A stretch of DNA of 64,000 nucleotides, from contig OZ249436.1 of NCBI GenBank assembly GCA_965235115.1, positions 52,950,001 through 53,014,000 on the forward strand, given 5' to 3'. This document shows positions 38,749 through 50,436 of the stretch, one piece after another. A model generated the notes under the pieces. The model worked only from the letters and a program-made list of their open reading frames with translations. It searched no databases and had not been told where the DNA came from. How positions within the stretch are numbered: the stretch's first letter is position 1; the number at the start of each line of letters is the position of its first letter. The stretch is from Laetmonice hystrix (Eukaryota). The translations under genes and the position numbers were made by a program.

Positions 38749-39244
38749 CCCATATAGGACATGCGATTAATTTAAAGGTGCTATTCGTGAAGAAAAGTTC
38801 TATTTTTTTATTTTTTATTTTGTTGACGTTTATGTGATCCCACCTATCATGGAAATAGATTCACAACAAAGGAAATCAAAATTTTTCATGGATAACGGCA
38901 CAAATGGGGCTCTCTCAGAAGGCCTGTGGAGACCCTGACACGCCCCACCATAGGAAATGGCTCTATCTCGGTGCGCACCGAGATAGGTTTCAAATGCTGC
39001 ACACAAACTAATAGAAGGTTTATCAGGCCAATGGTATCGGTAGGAATTGTTTCTAGTACTATGTGCACAATGTATGATAGGAGAAATGCCATTCTGTGCG
39101 AGACGAATAGCACCTTTAATATTATTTATGTTTTTTTCTTAATATAATATGATTTTTTCTGTAAAGCTATTTACAGAAAAAATCATATTATATTAAGAAA
39201 AAAAATCATGAATAATATTAAATTAATCGCATGTCCTATATGGG
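38749..39244. mobile_element. About 155-bp AT-rich palindromic element whose left arm is split by a later insertion
   Basis: Removing 38776-39119 restores a near-perfect palindrome CCCATATAGGACATGCGATTAATTTAATATTA...CTGTAAA GCTA TTTACAG...TAATATTAAATTAATCGCATGTCCTATATGGG. Confidence 0.8.
38776..39115. mobile_element. 340-bp Kolobok-type MITE with 13-bp perfect TIRs and a TTAA TSD
   Basis: TTAA|AGGTGCTATTCGT ... ACGAATAGCACCT|TTAA; AGG..CCT termini with a TTAA TSD fit Kolobok better than piggyBac (CCC..GGG). Confidence 0.85.
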
Positions 39245-39437
39245 CCAGTACAGTGCCACATGCATATAGGGCCTACCTACAGCTTTCATTAAACATGTTA
39301 ATTAGCAAAAGAAAATGTATATAAAGAAATGCGTCAATTCATACGGATAAGCTTAAATTCGACACATTCTGATGATCTCATCTTATTCAGGACTTCGTGA
39401 ATGCTCTGCCATTGTTCTCTGTCTATCTATATATATA

Positions 39438-40566
39438 TGTCGTGGCCCAGATCCCAATCTGGCCCAGTTGCCAATTGGTCCGGACCAGATGCCAATTGGG
39501 ATCTGGTCCGGCCCAGATACCAATTGGGATCTGGTCTGGACCAATTGGAAACTGGATCGGACCAGATCACAATTGGCATCTGGGCTGGCCCAGATACCAA
39601 TTGGGATCTGGTCCGGACCAATTGGAAACTGGACCGGACCAGATCACAATTGGCATCTGGGCTGGCCTGGATGCCAATTGGAATCTGGGTCGGACCAATT
39701 GGAAACTGAACCGGACCAGATCCCAATTGGCATCTGGGCTGGCCTGGATGCCAATCGAGGTTTTCAGTCATAGGATTGGGATCTGGTCTGGACCAGTTGG
39801 CAACTGGTCCAGGCGAAATAATGATTTCAATCTGGTCCAGCCCAGATCCCAATCCAATGACTCTTGGTCCAGATCCAAATCCTGGTTCCTGGTATTTGTT
39901 CATTGTAACTATTTTCGTTGACAATGTGCTGTGTAGGAAAAAAATAGTCCATGGGATAAAAGGAACTTTTTTTCAAAAACATTTTCCTTGCCCTTTAAAG
40001 AGGGGGTTGCAATGCGATGGAGTGCTATTTAATTGGGTATTTTGTATTTATTTATTTTAACTAGGCCTATTTTCGTTTACAATGCCCTGTGTATTTGAAA
40101 TAAAATACATACAATTATTTTACTAAATCCATGATGAAGAACCAGGATTTGGATCTGGACCAAGACTCATTATTTGAAATCATTATTTCGCCTGGACCAG
40201 TTGCCAACTGGTCCAGACCAGATCCCAATCCTATGACTGAAAACCTCGATTGGCATCCAGGCCAGCCCAGATGCCAATTGGGATCTGGTCCGGTCCAGTT
40301 TCCAATTGGTCCGGCCCAGATCCAAATTGGCATCCAGGCCAGCCCAGATGCCAATTGTGATCTGGTCCGGTCCAGTTTCCAATTGGTCCGGCCCAGATCC
40401 TAATTGGCATCCAGGCCAGCCCAGATCCCAATTGTGATCTGGTCCGGTCCAGTTTCCAATTGGTCTGGACCAGATCCCAATTGGTATCTGGGCCGGACCA
40501 GATCCCAATTGGGATCTGGTCCGGACCAATTGGCAACTGGGCCAGATTGGGATCTGGGCCACGACA
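39438..40566. mobile_element. About 1.13-kb foldback-type element with 430-450-bp modular inverted arms and a 250-bp AT-rich spacer
   Basis: Arms 39438-39888 and 40139-40566 are reverse complements built from CCAATTGG, GATCTGGTCCGG and GGCCCAGAT subrepeats; termini TGTCGTGG..CCACGACA in (TA)n context. Confidence 0.9.
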
Positions 40567-40583
40567 TATGTCTATATATATAT

Positions 40584-40598
40584 CTCCCTCCCTCCCTC

Positions 40599-40646
<48 letters not shown>

Positions 40647-40690
40647 CCTCTCTCCCTCCCTCTCTCTCCCTCCTTCTCCCTCCCTCCCCC
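40584..40690 (+). repeat. (CT)n/(CCCT)n polypyrimidine tract
   Basis: About 107 bp of C/T only. Confidence 0.95.
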
Positions 40691-40963
40691 AATCTGGCCG
40701 TGCAGCAGGGGGTCAGTGAGCCCCAGGTGTTGGAGCTCCAGCCTGAGGTCGCGATCCGTGAATATCGACCTTTGTTGCCGGAGGCTGCATGGCGGAGTAA
40801 CGGCAATCAGGGTCGATAAGCATCAATGGAAGTTATAATATTTTCACACGTGCATACTCGCCTTGCATGGCGTGTTCCTCCAGTCGACCACCACCTGTAA
40901 TGTCAACAGATCGACCGCCAAGCGATCCACCCAGTTCATCGGAAAGTCCTGCTGCATGGTCTG

Positions 40964-41146
40964 CTCTGTCTCTCTCTCTGTCTCTCTCTCTGTATCTGTC
41001 TCTGTATCGGTATGTGTCTGTGTCTCCCTGTCTGTCTCTCTTTGTCTCTGTCTCTGTCTCTGTCTGTGCCTCTGCCTCTGTCTCTCTATGTCTCTGTCTA
41101 TGTCTGTCTTTCTCTTTCTGTCTGTCTCCGTCTCTGTCTCTCTGTG

Positions 41147-41181
<35 letters not shown>

Positions 41182-41182
41182 G
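40964..41182 (+). repeat. Degenerate (TCTCTG)n/(CT)n microsatellite
   Basis: Low-complexity CT/GT tract producing the spurious ER-, ET- and LS-rich ORFs. Confidence 0.95.
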
Positions 41183-43693
41183 GTCGAGTTCTCGCGTGGT
41201 TATTAATGTGGGGCACATAAAACTTTAAGTCCCTGATACAAGGGGACAATTTTCTTTAAGAATTTCCGGCGATGATGAGGTAGATGCTTGCTAAAATCAA
41301 TATGTACTCGCGTAGAGGTTTGAGAAGGCGTCTGGGTGACACAGGCAGGAACCAAGAACAGTTGCATGATTTTCAACGCGTCAGTAACACCGGTCCTATT
41401 AGATAACAGGAGAATTTTCAAATTATAAATTTATATGGCGGTCAGAGGTGAGCTTGGGATTGGAAAAACCACCATGCCCTACAGTTTGCGAAAAAATGAA
41501 AACTTGGATAAAAAGGAAAGCAGCCTCCATCATATCATGATTAAGGAACTTACTTAGAACTCTTGATGGTACGGGTATGTATTGATATTTTATTCGAAAG
41601 TGACTTGCCGGAAGACCTTGAATTCTCCGTTACAATTCCATCGTCATGGCAGTCACCATTAAACAATAATCATAACTGGGAATTCCTGACACCAGTGATC
41701 CTTTTCCCATCCATTTTTCAGTCACATAACAGGATGCAATATTTACCATGCATAGTGTTGGCAGTAACTGAATCTTGTCGACGTTAGCCGTCAGTCGACA
41801 CAAGAAGATGCGTCCCTGCAGGGCTCCTCTCAACCTAAAGCGGTTGATGCCATCATTTGTACCTGAAGCACGGCCGCTCGGGCAATGACGTCTGTAGTCG
41901 AGCGGTGGCGGCAGCCTGTCCCCCCACTACACCTCCACCAACCCTGGCTGGAGCCATCACCGCCCGTGGTGACATTACCTGGAGTCCATGGGATAGCACA
42001 GCCAATCAAGGCTGGCGTGCCCCAGCCCAACGGCTTATCTCGGATTCAGACGTAATTTGCAGAACTCCCGTGGACAATCTCCTCAACATTTGTCAACGCT
42101 TTGAGCCTGGTGAAAGTGCAGGCCGCTGGATGCAGGGTCCTGTATTAATGACCAAACGTATTAGAAAGATTGCTCTTCCTAATGGTCCTTAATGATCAAA
42201 CATGTGCCCGTACTGCCTACTGCTCCTCCTGGTGGGTGTATGTGGGTGTGTGTGGGGGGGGGGGGAGAGGGGGCAAGGTGGTCTAGCAACTGAAGACAAG
42301 GTCCGACAATGAATGAGAGTCATGACAAGATCTCAGATGAAACCCCACCTCGAATTTCTTTTTATAAATTCTGATGGTAAGTGCAACTCAAATGTGTTTT
42401 TGATAGATGTCTCATGTGGCTAAGACCTGAACCTGAGCCATCATATTGACATACAGGAGACTGGAGGTGTTGCTGTAACACAAAGTAATACAGAGGATAC
42501 ACAAAAACAGTTGTGGTCACGAGATACAGCCAGATCTACTGCGGCTTCGAGATCACACGAACACCGCGGCCCGTGTACTTACAGAACTAGTTTTTATCCG
42601 AGTCTGTCGGCCCATTCGCTTATCTCCACACGTCGGCTCTTGATGTGGACGTACGTCTATATTAAATATATGAGAAGGTAGCTGAAAGGCACCTGAACAT
42701 AGTCAGTGTTAGGGGGCGCAACAGTAGATTCGACACCCTCCAGGCCTAAAGACATTGAAATCCGATGTAACTCCAGTAAAGAAAAAGGTGCACGATGACG
42801 TGAATGACGTGGAGGACGAGACGGTGAATAGTTTCTTGTCCTTCCTTGCATTGCGCTTGCAGTATAAACAAGAAATTCATGTAAGTAGCATAGAGTGGGG
42901 CATTTAGAAAATCCAGAATTGTCAGCGTTACGCTGAATATACAGGGACGGATCCAGGTTTGTGCCGGGGGGTATGGATGGGAGTTGTGGATGCGGGGTAG
43001 CTGTGTATGTTTGGTTTGAACCTTCCTAACAGATAAAATAAAAATTACTTCGTAAGAGGGGTTGGCAACCCCTATACCCCCCCCCCCCCCACACACACAC
43101 ACACCGATGAAAACTCCTGCATTTTGATTTTTGATTGTCACCTAGACTCCCAGCTCCAGGAAATCAATGAGACGTCTCGACGGTCGTTGCCATACTCTGC
43201 CTGGGGATCATCAGGCATTAAATTCATTCAAACAGCAATCAGAATTAATGAACCTATCCTATCCTTGATTGTCATGAAGTTATCCCGATGCCAATTAAAG
43301 ATTCTAGTTTGAAGTTGAATAATAATCTTAGGATTAATTACATTTGTAAATTCATGATGTATCCTTTGGCAAAGCCGAACTAAAAATAAACAAAACCTTC
43401 ATTCTTAATCACCCCGTTCCTAGAACTGATTTTATCTGCAACGGTATAATTGCAAAACGACTAAAAAAGGAAGATAATTAGCTTCAGCTGTATATCGTCC
43501 TGATAAATTATTGTTAAACATGTTATTCTTTCGGACACAGACCTTGAAGAGGTGGAAATTGAGATGCTGAGATGAGGGTCAGTCCTAGAACTGAGGGTGC
43601 ACATCAGTACTTCAAAACGATATGCGTGGGCCCAGAGTCACTGGAAATCCGAAAAGAAGTATACACCTCCGACACCCCAAGGATTATACCACT

Positions 43694-45786
43694 GAGTAGG
43701 ACTCCGAGTCCCGGCCCGCGTGAAGACAGAGTAGGACTCGGAGTGGGGACGGATCTGTACCTCTCTATAGACTCCGAGTCCCGGCCCGCGTGAAGACAGA
43801 GTAGGACTCGGAGTGAGGACGGATCTGTACCTCTCTATAGACTCCGAGTCCCGGCCCGCGTGAAGTCAGAGTAGGACTCGGAGTGGGGACGGATCTGTAC
43901 CTCTCTATAGACTCCGAGTCCCGGCCCGCGTGAAGTCAGAGTAGGACTCGGAGTGGGGACGGATCTGTACCTCTCTATAGACTCCGAGTCCCGGCCCGCG
44001 TGAAGACAGAGTAGGACTCGGAGTGAGGACGGATCTGTACCTCTCTATAGACTCCGAGTCCCGGCCCGCGTGAAGTCAGAGTAGGACTCGGAGTGGGGAA
44101 GGATCTAAACCTCTCTATAGACTCCGAGTCCCGGCCCGCGTGAAGTCAGAGTAGGACTCGGAGTGGGGACGGGTCTGAACCTCTCTATAGACTCCGAGTC
44201 CCGGCCCGCGTGAAGTCAGAGTAGGACTCGGAGTGGGGACGGATCTATACCTCTCTATAGACTCCGAGTCCCGGCCCGCGTGAAGTCAGAGTAGGACTAG
44301 GAGTGGGGACGGATCTAAACCTCTCTATAGACTCCGAGTCCCGGCCCGCGTGAAGTCAGAGTAGGACTCGCAGTGGGGACGGATATGTACCTCTCTATAG
44401 ACTTCGAGTCCCGGCCCGCGTGAAGACAGAGTACGACTCGGAGTGGGGACGGGTCTATACCTCTCTATAGACTCCGAGTCCCGGCCCGCGTGAAGTCAGA
44501 GTAGGACTCGGAGTGGGGACGGATCTGTACCTCTCTATAGACTCCGAGTCCCGGCCCGCGTGAAGTCAGAGTAGGACTCGGAGTGGGGAAGGATCTAAGC
44601 CTCTCTATAGACTCCGAGTCCCGGCCCGCGTGAAGACAGAGTAGGACTCGGAGTGGGAACGATCTGTACCTCTCTATAGACTCCGAGTCCCGGCCCGCGT
44701 GAAGTCAGAGTAGGACTCGGAGTGGGGAAGGATCTAAGCCTCTCTATAGACTCCGAGTCCCGGCCCGCGTGAAGACAGAGTAGGACTCGGAGTGGGAACG
44801 ATCTGTACCTCTCTATAGACTCCGAGTCCCGGCCCGCGTGACGTCAGAGTAGGACTCGGAGTGGGGACGGATCTGTACCTCCCTATAGACTCCGAGTCCC
44901 GGCCCGCGTGACGTCAGAGTAGGACTCGGAGTGGGGACGGGTCTATACCTCTCTATAGACTCCGAGTCCCGGCCCGCGTGAAGACAGAGTAGGACTCGGA
45001 GTGGGGACGGATCTGAACCTCTCTATAGACTCCGAGTCCCCTCCCGCGTGACGTCAGAGTAGGACTCGGAGTGGGGACGGATCATCTGAACCTCTCTATA
45101 GACTCCGAGTCCCGGCCCGCGTGAAGTCAGAGTAGGACTCGGAGTGGGGACGGACCTGAACCTCTCTATAGACTCCGAGTCCCGGCCCGTCTGAAGTCAG
45201 AGTAGGACTCGGAGTGGGGACGGATCTATACCTCTCTATAGACTCCGAGTCCCGGCCCGCGTGAAGTCAGAGTAGGACTCGGAGTGGGGACGGATCTATA
45301 CCTCTCTATAGACTCCGAGTCCCGGCCCGTCTGAAGTCAGAGTAGGACTCGGAGTGGGGACGGATCTATACCTCTCTATAGACTCCGAGTCCCGGCCCGC
45401 GTGAAGTCAGAGTAGGACTCGGAGTGGAGACGGATCTATACCTCTCTATAGACTCCGAGTCCCGGCCCGCGTGAAGTCAGAGTAGGACTCGGAGTGGGGA
45501 CGGATATGTACCTCTCTATAGACTTCGAGTCCCGGACCGCGTGAAGTCAGAGTAGGACTCGGAGTGGGGACGGATCTAAACCTCTCTATAGACTCCGAGT
45601 CCCGGACCGCGTGAAGTCAGAGTAGGACTCGCAGTGGGGAAGGATCTGTACCTCTCTATAGACTCCGAGTTCCGGCCCGCGTGAAGTCAGAGTAGGACTC
45701 GGAGTGGGGAAGGATCTAAGCCTCTCTATAGACTCCGAGTCCCGGCCCGCGTGAAGTCAGAGTAGGACTCGGAGTGGGGACGGATC
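43694..45786. repeat. Satellite/minisatellite, 70-bp unit, about 30 copies, each with an 11-bp inverted repeat
   Basis: Unit GTAGGACTCGGAGTGGGGACGGATCTGTACCTCTCTATAGACTCCGAGTCCCGGCCCGCGTGAAGTCAGA; GGACTCGGAGT pairs with ACTCCGAGTCC. Confidence 0.98.
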
Positions 45787-47050
45787 AGAAGGACTTATAG
45801 AAGGCGCGAAAAGCTACAAGGAGAATTTTCCTGTTCTCCGTAATCAGGACCCGAAGGGTATTTTGAAAGCTGCCTCAGCATAAGAAGTTCAATGTTCTGT
45901 GAGAACCCGGATCTTAATGAGAAATCCCCGTCTGACACCACATCTAGTTGTCACCCTCATTAATCATCATTACCCAACAGGGGTTCATCCTCATTAAGAT
46001 ATGGTTAATTAAGAAATGTGTGAGAGCAGGGCAACGAGAGGCACTGAAAACAGAAATGTTTCCCTAGCCGCAGACTATCGTCAAAGGCTTCACTCTCTAA
46101 GGAACGGTGCGTCTTCAGCAACAGCAATATAAGGCAGGAATGGCGGTCCCCTGCCCCGATCATCAACAAATCTACGAATACCGCCCAGAACAACATGTTA
46201 ACCAACCGTTCTTTATATATTCATTTCGTCTTCACGTCTTTCTGCATTCAACGCTTACCCAATCCTCCGTCTTTCTACCATTTGGTCTTTTTAATGAAGT
46301 CAGCAGTTCAAGTCTGATTGAAAAGCAACATCATTCCAATGTCCATGAAGTGCGCTTGAACAGGTATTCATTTCACGACGTCGACCTCCGTCAATCACAC
46401 AGCATCCTCTCATGGACCGTGGGGATTTACAATCTAATCGCTTCGCTATGGACACGAGGGACCATGGTTGGATTAGTGAAGCCCTCCAACCTTTTCCTTG
46501 TCAATTAAGGTGGCCTCCTGCGTGCCTTAGAGGAAGTACTTACGCCTCAGGTAAATGGTGCTAATGGCGGTCGCCGACGTGCCAGGGCTGGGGAAGTGGG
46601 CCGCTTTCAGGACCGTTCGCCAGGGACTCGTGCATTGTCACCGGCCCACTGATGGAATGCCTAATGATCTCCGCTGGTTCGTCACTTGGGTGACATCAAA
46701 AAGACGAAGAGATACAGGCCAAGGGATTCTGATGGTCATTAGCACTGGCACATTCTGAATTAAGGCGCCGGACCGTCAGTCTCTCTTGGACCTTGGTGGC
46801 AGTCGTTCTTATATGGGTTTCGTGTTGTGGACTGTATAATACTAATGACTGCTTTAAAGTCCCCTACCCGGTTTTACAGCTTCTCCGACTATAGGGAGCG
46901 TAAATCCTAAAGCTGTAAGATGTCGTGCTTTTGCTTTTTTTGTTGACATGTTACAAAACTGAATCAGCCTATACCCTAACATAACGATGACGTTCTAGCC
47001 TTCTGAATAAGGGGTTCAACGCCTACATGTAAGGAATGAGTTATAGCGAA

Positions 47051-47056
47051 TTTATT
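47051..47056 (-). promoter_or_regulatory. Candidate polyadenylation signal of the glycosyltransferase gene
   Basis: AATAAA on the minus strand about 60 nt past the stop codon. Confidence 0.4.
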
Positions 47057-47114
47057 CATGTATTAATGGCTATGTAGGGCCTACATGTGTGAATACCTAT
47101 TTATAGAGCGTATG

Positions 47115-48395
47115 CTATCTATACATGGGATCCTTTTCCATGAGCCATGAAAGCCACTTATTCATTAAGCGAAGATCTAGCGAACAATTTTTGCACTGGT
47201 GAATCATTTGCCAAATGCTGTGCATGCGAATCCAATCCACTCCGTGGAGGCCAAGCAAAGAACCCCGAAGAAATTTCTGTACAAAACGTAAAGATGGCAC
47301 AGTAATCCACGTTGGGAACTGGTCATGGTGTTTGCACACGACACCGATACGTTCGGCGAGCATGCCCGTGATAAACACATCCTCCACTGGAATGAGCGGC
47401 GGCGATTGGTCACTTCGGTACAATTCGTAAAACTTCGCGGCCATGTCCCCGGAAGTGACGTAGGCACACCCGGAGCAGTACGGAGGAAACACTGTCATAG
47501 GAAACTGGTTGTAATCCACACTCCACTGTCCGTACCGTTTGACCGGAGAGCGGGGATTTAGCGACCCCAGGATTAAACCATGCTGGGGATAATCCTTTAA
47601 TACGTCCAACATATAAGGCACGTTGAAATACACATCATCATCCGCTTTCATCATGTATATAGCATTTTGGCAGTGCACAGCAGCCCAGTAAAACCCGAGC
47701 ACCGACTTTATAGTTAGATTACGATAGTCATCCACAAAGTTCCACGCTACAACATCCCGATAGAGCTTCGCCTCTTTCTGAACCATCTGTAATTCGTCAT
47801 AATCTTGAGGGATTCCCAAAATGAACACAATGACTACCTGCCGAGAATCGTACACCCTGGTAATTCCTCCCCACGTTTCCCTGATGGCGTTTCGTCTCCT
47901 CTTGTGTGACGGGTGGGAGTGGACGATGATAAGCAGGTAGATCGGGTGAGGTTGTACCCTCATCCTGGGACTTACATCGTAGTCATCGTCCACCTGGTGG
48001 CACAGATATGGCTGGTTCAGTAGTAACGGGTATTTGGGCGGCATGAAACGCTCTGCCAGCGGGGTCGCCGCCTGCAGCTGAGACTTTCCGTCGTACGTGT
48101 TTTTCTGCAGCGTCACGGAGGTAACGTTGTCGTCTGCTGCTCGCGTCAAGACGCGGCGTTCTTGACGGTACGTCGTACGTATCGTGTTGCCTTCATCTGA
48201 CGCGTCCTCAGAGACTGCTGCGCTGTCGATTTCAAACCTCAAAACTCTGAGGGTCTGTGCGCGCCCCTTCAATCGCTGGTGCACAGTGCCCTCCAGGGAG
48301 CCGGTAGAAAGCTGTGTAATGATGAGGGCCCCCAGATAAAAGCAACTTCCAACGACTAGTAGCAAGCGCACGCCGATGCGTCCCTCGCTGACCAT
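47115..48395 (-). CDS. GT31-family beta-1,3-glycosyltransferase (beta-1,3-galactosyltransferase-like), type II Golgi membrane protein, 426 aa, single coding exon
   Basis: N-terminal transmembrane anchor (LLLVVGSCFYLGALIITQL), stem region, then Galactosyl_T motifs LLIIVHS..RRNAIRETWG, VFILG, E...YRD....F.D.YRNLT.KS, MKADDDVY (DxD), FPPYCSG.AY and EDVFITG. Exact orthologue (B3GALT vs B3GNT vs brainiac) cannot be assigned by eye. Confidence 0.95.
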   Translation of the reverse strand: MVSEGRIGVRLLLVVGSCFYLGALIITQLSTGSLEGTVHQRLKGRAQTLRVLRFEIDSAAVSEDASDEGNTIRTTYRQERRVLTRAADDNVTSVTLQKNTYDGKSQLQAATPLAERFMPPKYPLLLNQPYLCHQVDDDYDVSPRMRVQPHPIYLLIIVHSHPSHKRRRNAIRETWGGITRVYDSRQVVIVFILGIPQDYDELQMVQKEAKLYRDVVAWNFVDDYRNLTIKSVLGFYWAAVHCQNAIYMMKADDDVYFNVPYMLDVLKDYPQHGLILGSLNPRSPVKRYGQWSVDYNQFPMTVFPPYCSGCAYVTSGDMAAKFYELYRSDQSPPLIPVEDVFITGMLAERIGVVCKHHDQFPTWITVPSLRFVQKFLRGSLLGLHGVDWIRMHSIWQMIHQCKNCSLDLRLMNKWLSWLMEKDPMYR

Positions 48396-48469
48396 GCCGA
48401 CCCCTTGGAGACTGACACGTCCAGACTAGTCCGCCGCGCCACACTCACACTCGTGCAACGTAAACATTC

Positions 48470-48497
48470 CTGGAGGATGAAAGAGTTTTCTTAGTCA
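48470..48497 (-). other. 3' splice acceptor of a 5'-UTR intron of the glycosyltransferase gene
   Basis: Minus strand TGACTAAG (branch-point-like) AAAACTCTTTCATCCTCCAG|GAATG, 74 nt upstream of the ATG. Confidence 0.6.
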
Positions 48498-49883
48498 TTA
48501 CACGAATCACTGCCAGAAGACTCACTTCAGGGGTGTAAATAAATATTGTATCATATTCGTCCTTCTCCTTTTCAACACACATTCCACTGATGGTATTGGT
48601 ATACGCTACAGATCTAATGTATGCTAAGAACATTATTAAAACATTACAGGTAAAACATATATTATGGGACTCATAGAATTGTGCTTATATTAGGTTAGGC
48701 CTATATATTATATACATGTATATTATATAGGAAAGGCAAGATAAGACGTTTGCTGAATTTAAATCTGTTTTATTGTAATGTTATTTGTGACCTTGTGTTT
48801 CTCATCGGGTGATGATAGATGGGATTGTTAGGTCCTACGGGCCCATAAGAGTAGACAGAGAGGTCGGAGAGAAAGACATGTGGTATAAAAATAATGACAG
48901 ATGAAACAGGGTCAAGGAAGTATATTCGGACGTCACGTCCATGGACAGTTACAGACATTGAATGGCGGGTAGGTGATGAATCAGGTCTTCAATGTGTGTC
49001 CGAACTTCCCAGCTCACGAAAAGGTTCACAAAGCTACGCTATGTGAATATCTCCTTTTTGTTTTCAGGGGAACATGAAAGGCGACTTCTCAAAGTCTGCA
49101 TCTATAAGACTAAAGTTATAAAACAGAGTTGTTCGCTACATTTTATACATTCACACTTTTAAAACGAGTTAATGTTCGACGAACATGAGAAAGGTCTCAG
49201 TGAAGTTTAACATCACAGCCACGGAAAGATCTATTCAGCAGAATGTCAAGTGAAGCAAGTGGGGAGCACAAGAAAGTCAGCCCTCTGAGCGCCTTTCACG
49301 TCAGGTATGCCTCGATAAAAATGAATAGATAAATGAAATAAATGGGATGGGAATAAGGACGTAATAATTACCAATAACGGTGGAATGTTATAACTCATCA
49401 CGGTGCAAAGAAATTACTGTGACTTTCAGGGCATAACTATTTCCTTTTCAAAGTTATGTATGTGCCAAAAAGTGGCTATATATATTATTGAATGTTGAAT
49501 AAATCACCCTAGCGAGACTAATGTTTCGGAAGTAGTGTTCCGCCAACGTCAGAAGGTTATGATTAATGGCAAATGGGGGCATGTTTTCATTTCCCCAATT
49601 GTCGACGATTTCCATTTCAGTCAATCGCGCGGGTGCCGCGACGCGAGCGCACTGATTGGCTGAACCTCTCCCCCATCGATTGCTTCTAACTGGGCCCAGA
49701 GCCCTTGCAGAAATGTGGGCCGAGGAAGTCGTTCGTTACTGTCGCTTTGACTAACTATTCGTGAATAAATTGATTGTAAACGTAAGACTATAATGTGACT
49801 TACAAGAGAAGTTAATCGTCCATCGTTGTCCACGGGGAAGTCCCTCTCCATTCATTTACCACGATAGAACGCCAAGGAAACTC

Positions 49884-50436
49884 TGATTGGATATCTACTC
49901 ATTGCATGGCTGCTGAATGGTCTCTGATATGTAAACTATGATTGGATATCTACTCATTGCATGGCTGCTGAATGGTCTCTGATATGTAAACTATGATTGG
50001 ATATAGACATGATCTACTCATTGCATGGCTGCTGAATGGTCTCTGATATGTAAACTATGATTGGATATCTACTCATTGCATGGCTGCTGAATGGTCTCTG
50101 ATATGTAAACTATGATTGGATATCTACTCATTGCATGGCTGCTGAATGGTCTCTGATATGTAAACTATGATTGGATATCTACTCATTGCATGGCTGCTGA
50201 ATGGTCTCTGATATGTAAACTATGATTGGATATCTACTCATTGCATGGCTGCTGAATGGTCTCTGATATGTAAACTATGATTGGATATCTACTCATTGCA
50301 TGGCTGCTGAATGGTCTCTGATATGTAAACTATGATTGGATATCTACTCATCGCATGGCTGCTGAATGGTCTCTGATATATAAACTATGATTGGATATCT
50401 ACTCATTGCATGGCTGCTGAATGGTCTCTGATATGT
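49884..50436. repeat. Minisatellite, 55-bp unit, 10 copies
   Basis: TGATTGGATATCTACTCATTGCATGGCTGCTGAATGGTCTCTGATATGTAAACTA; the third copy has a 9-bp insertion. Confidence 0.98.

Noticed and set aside
39372..40838. Multiple overlapping Gly/Pro/Trp-rich ORFs
   Set aside because: They arise from the subrepeats of the foldback element and the adjacent CT tract
43694..45786. CRISPR array or hammerhead-ribozyme satellite
   Set aside because: Units are contiguous with no unique spacers, and no CTGANGA plus GAAA core was found on either strand
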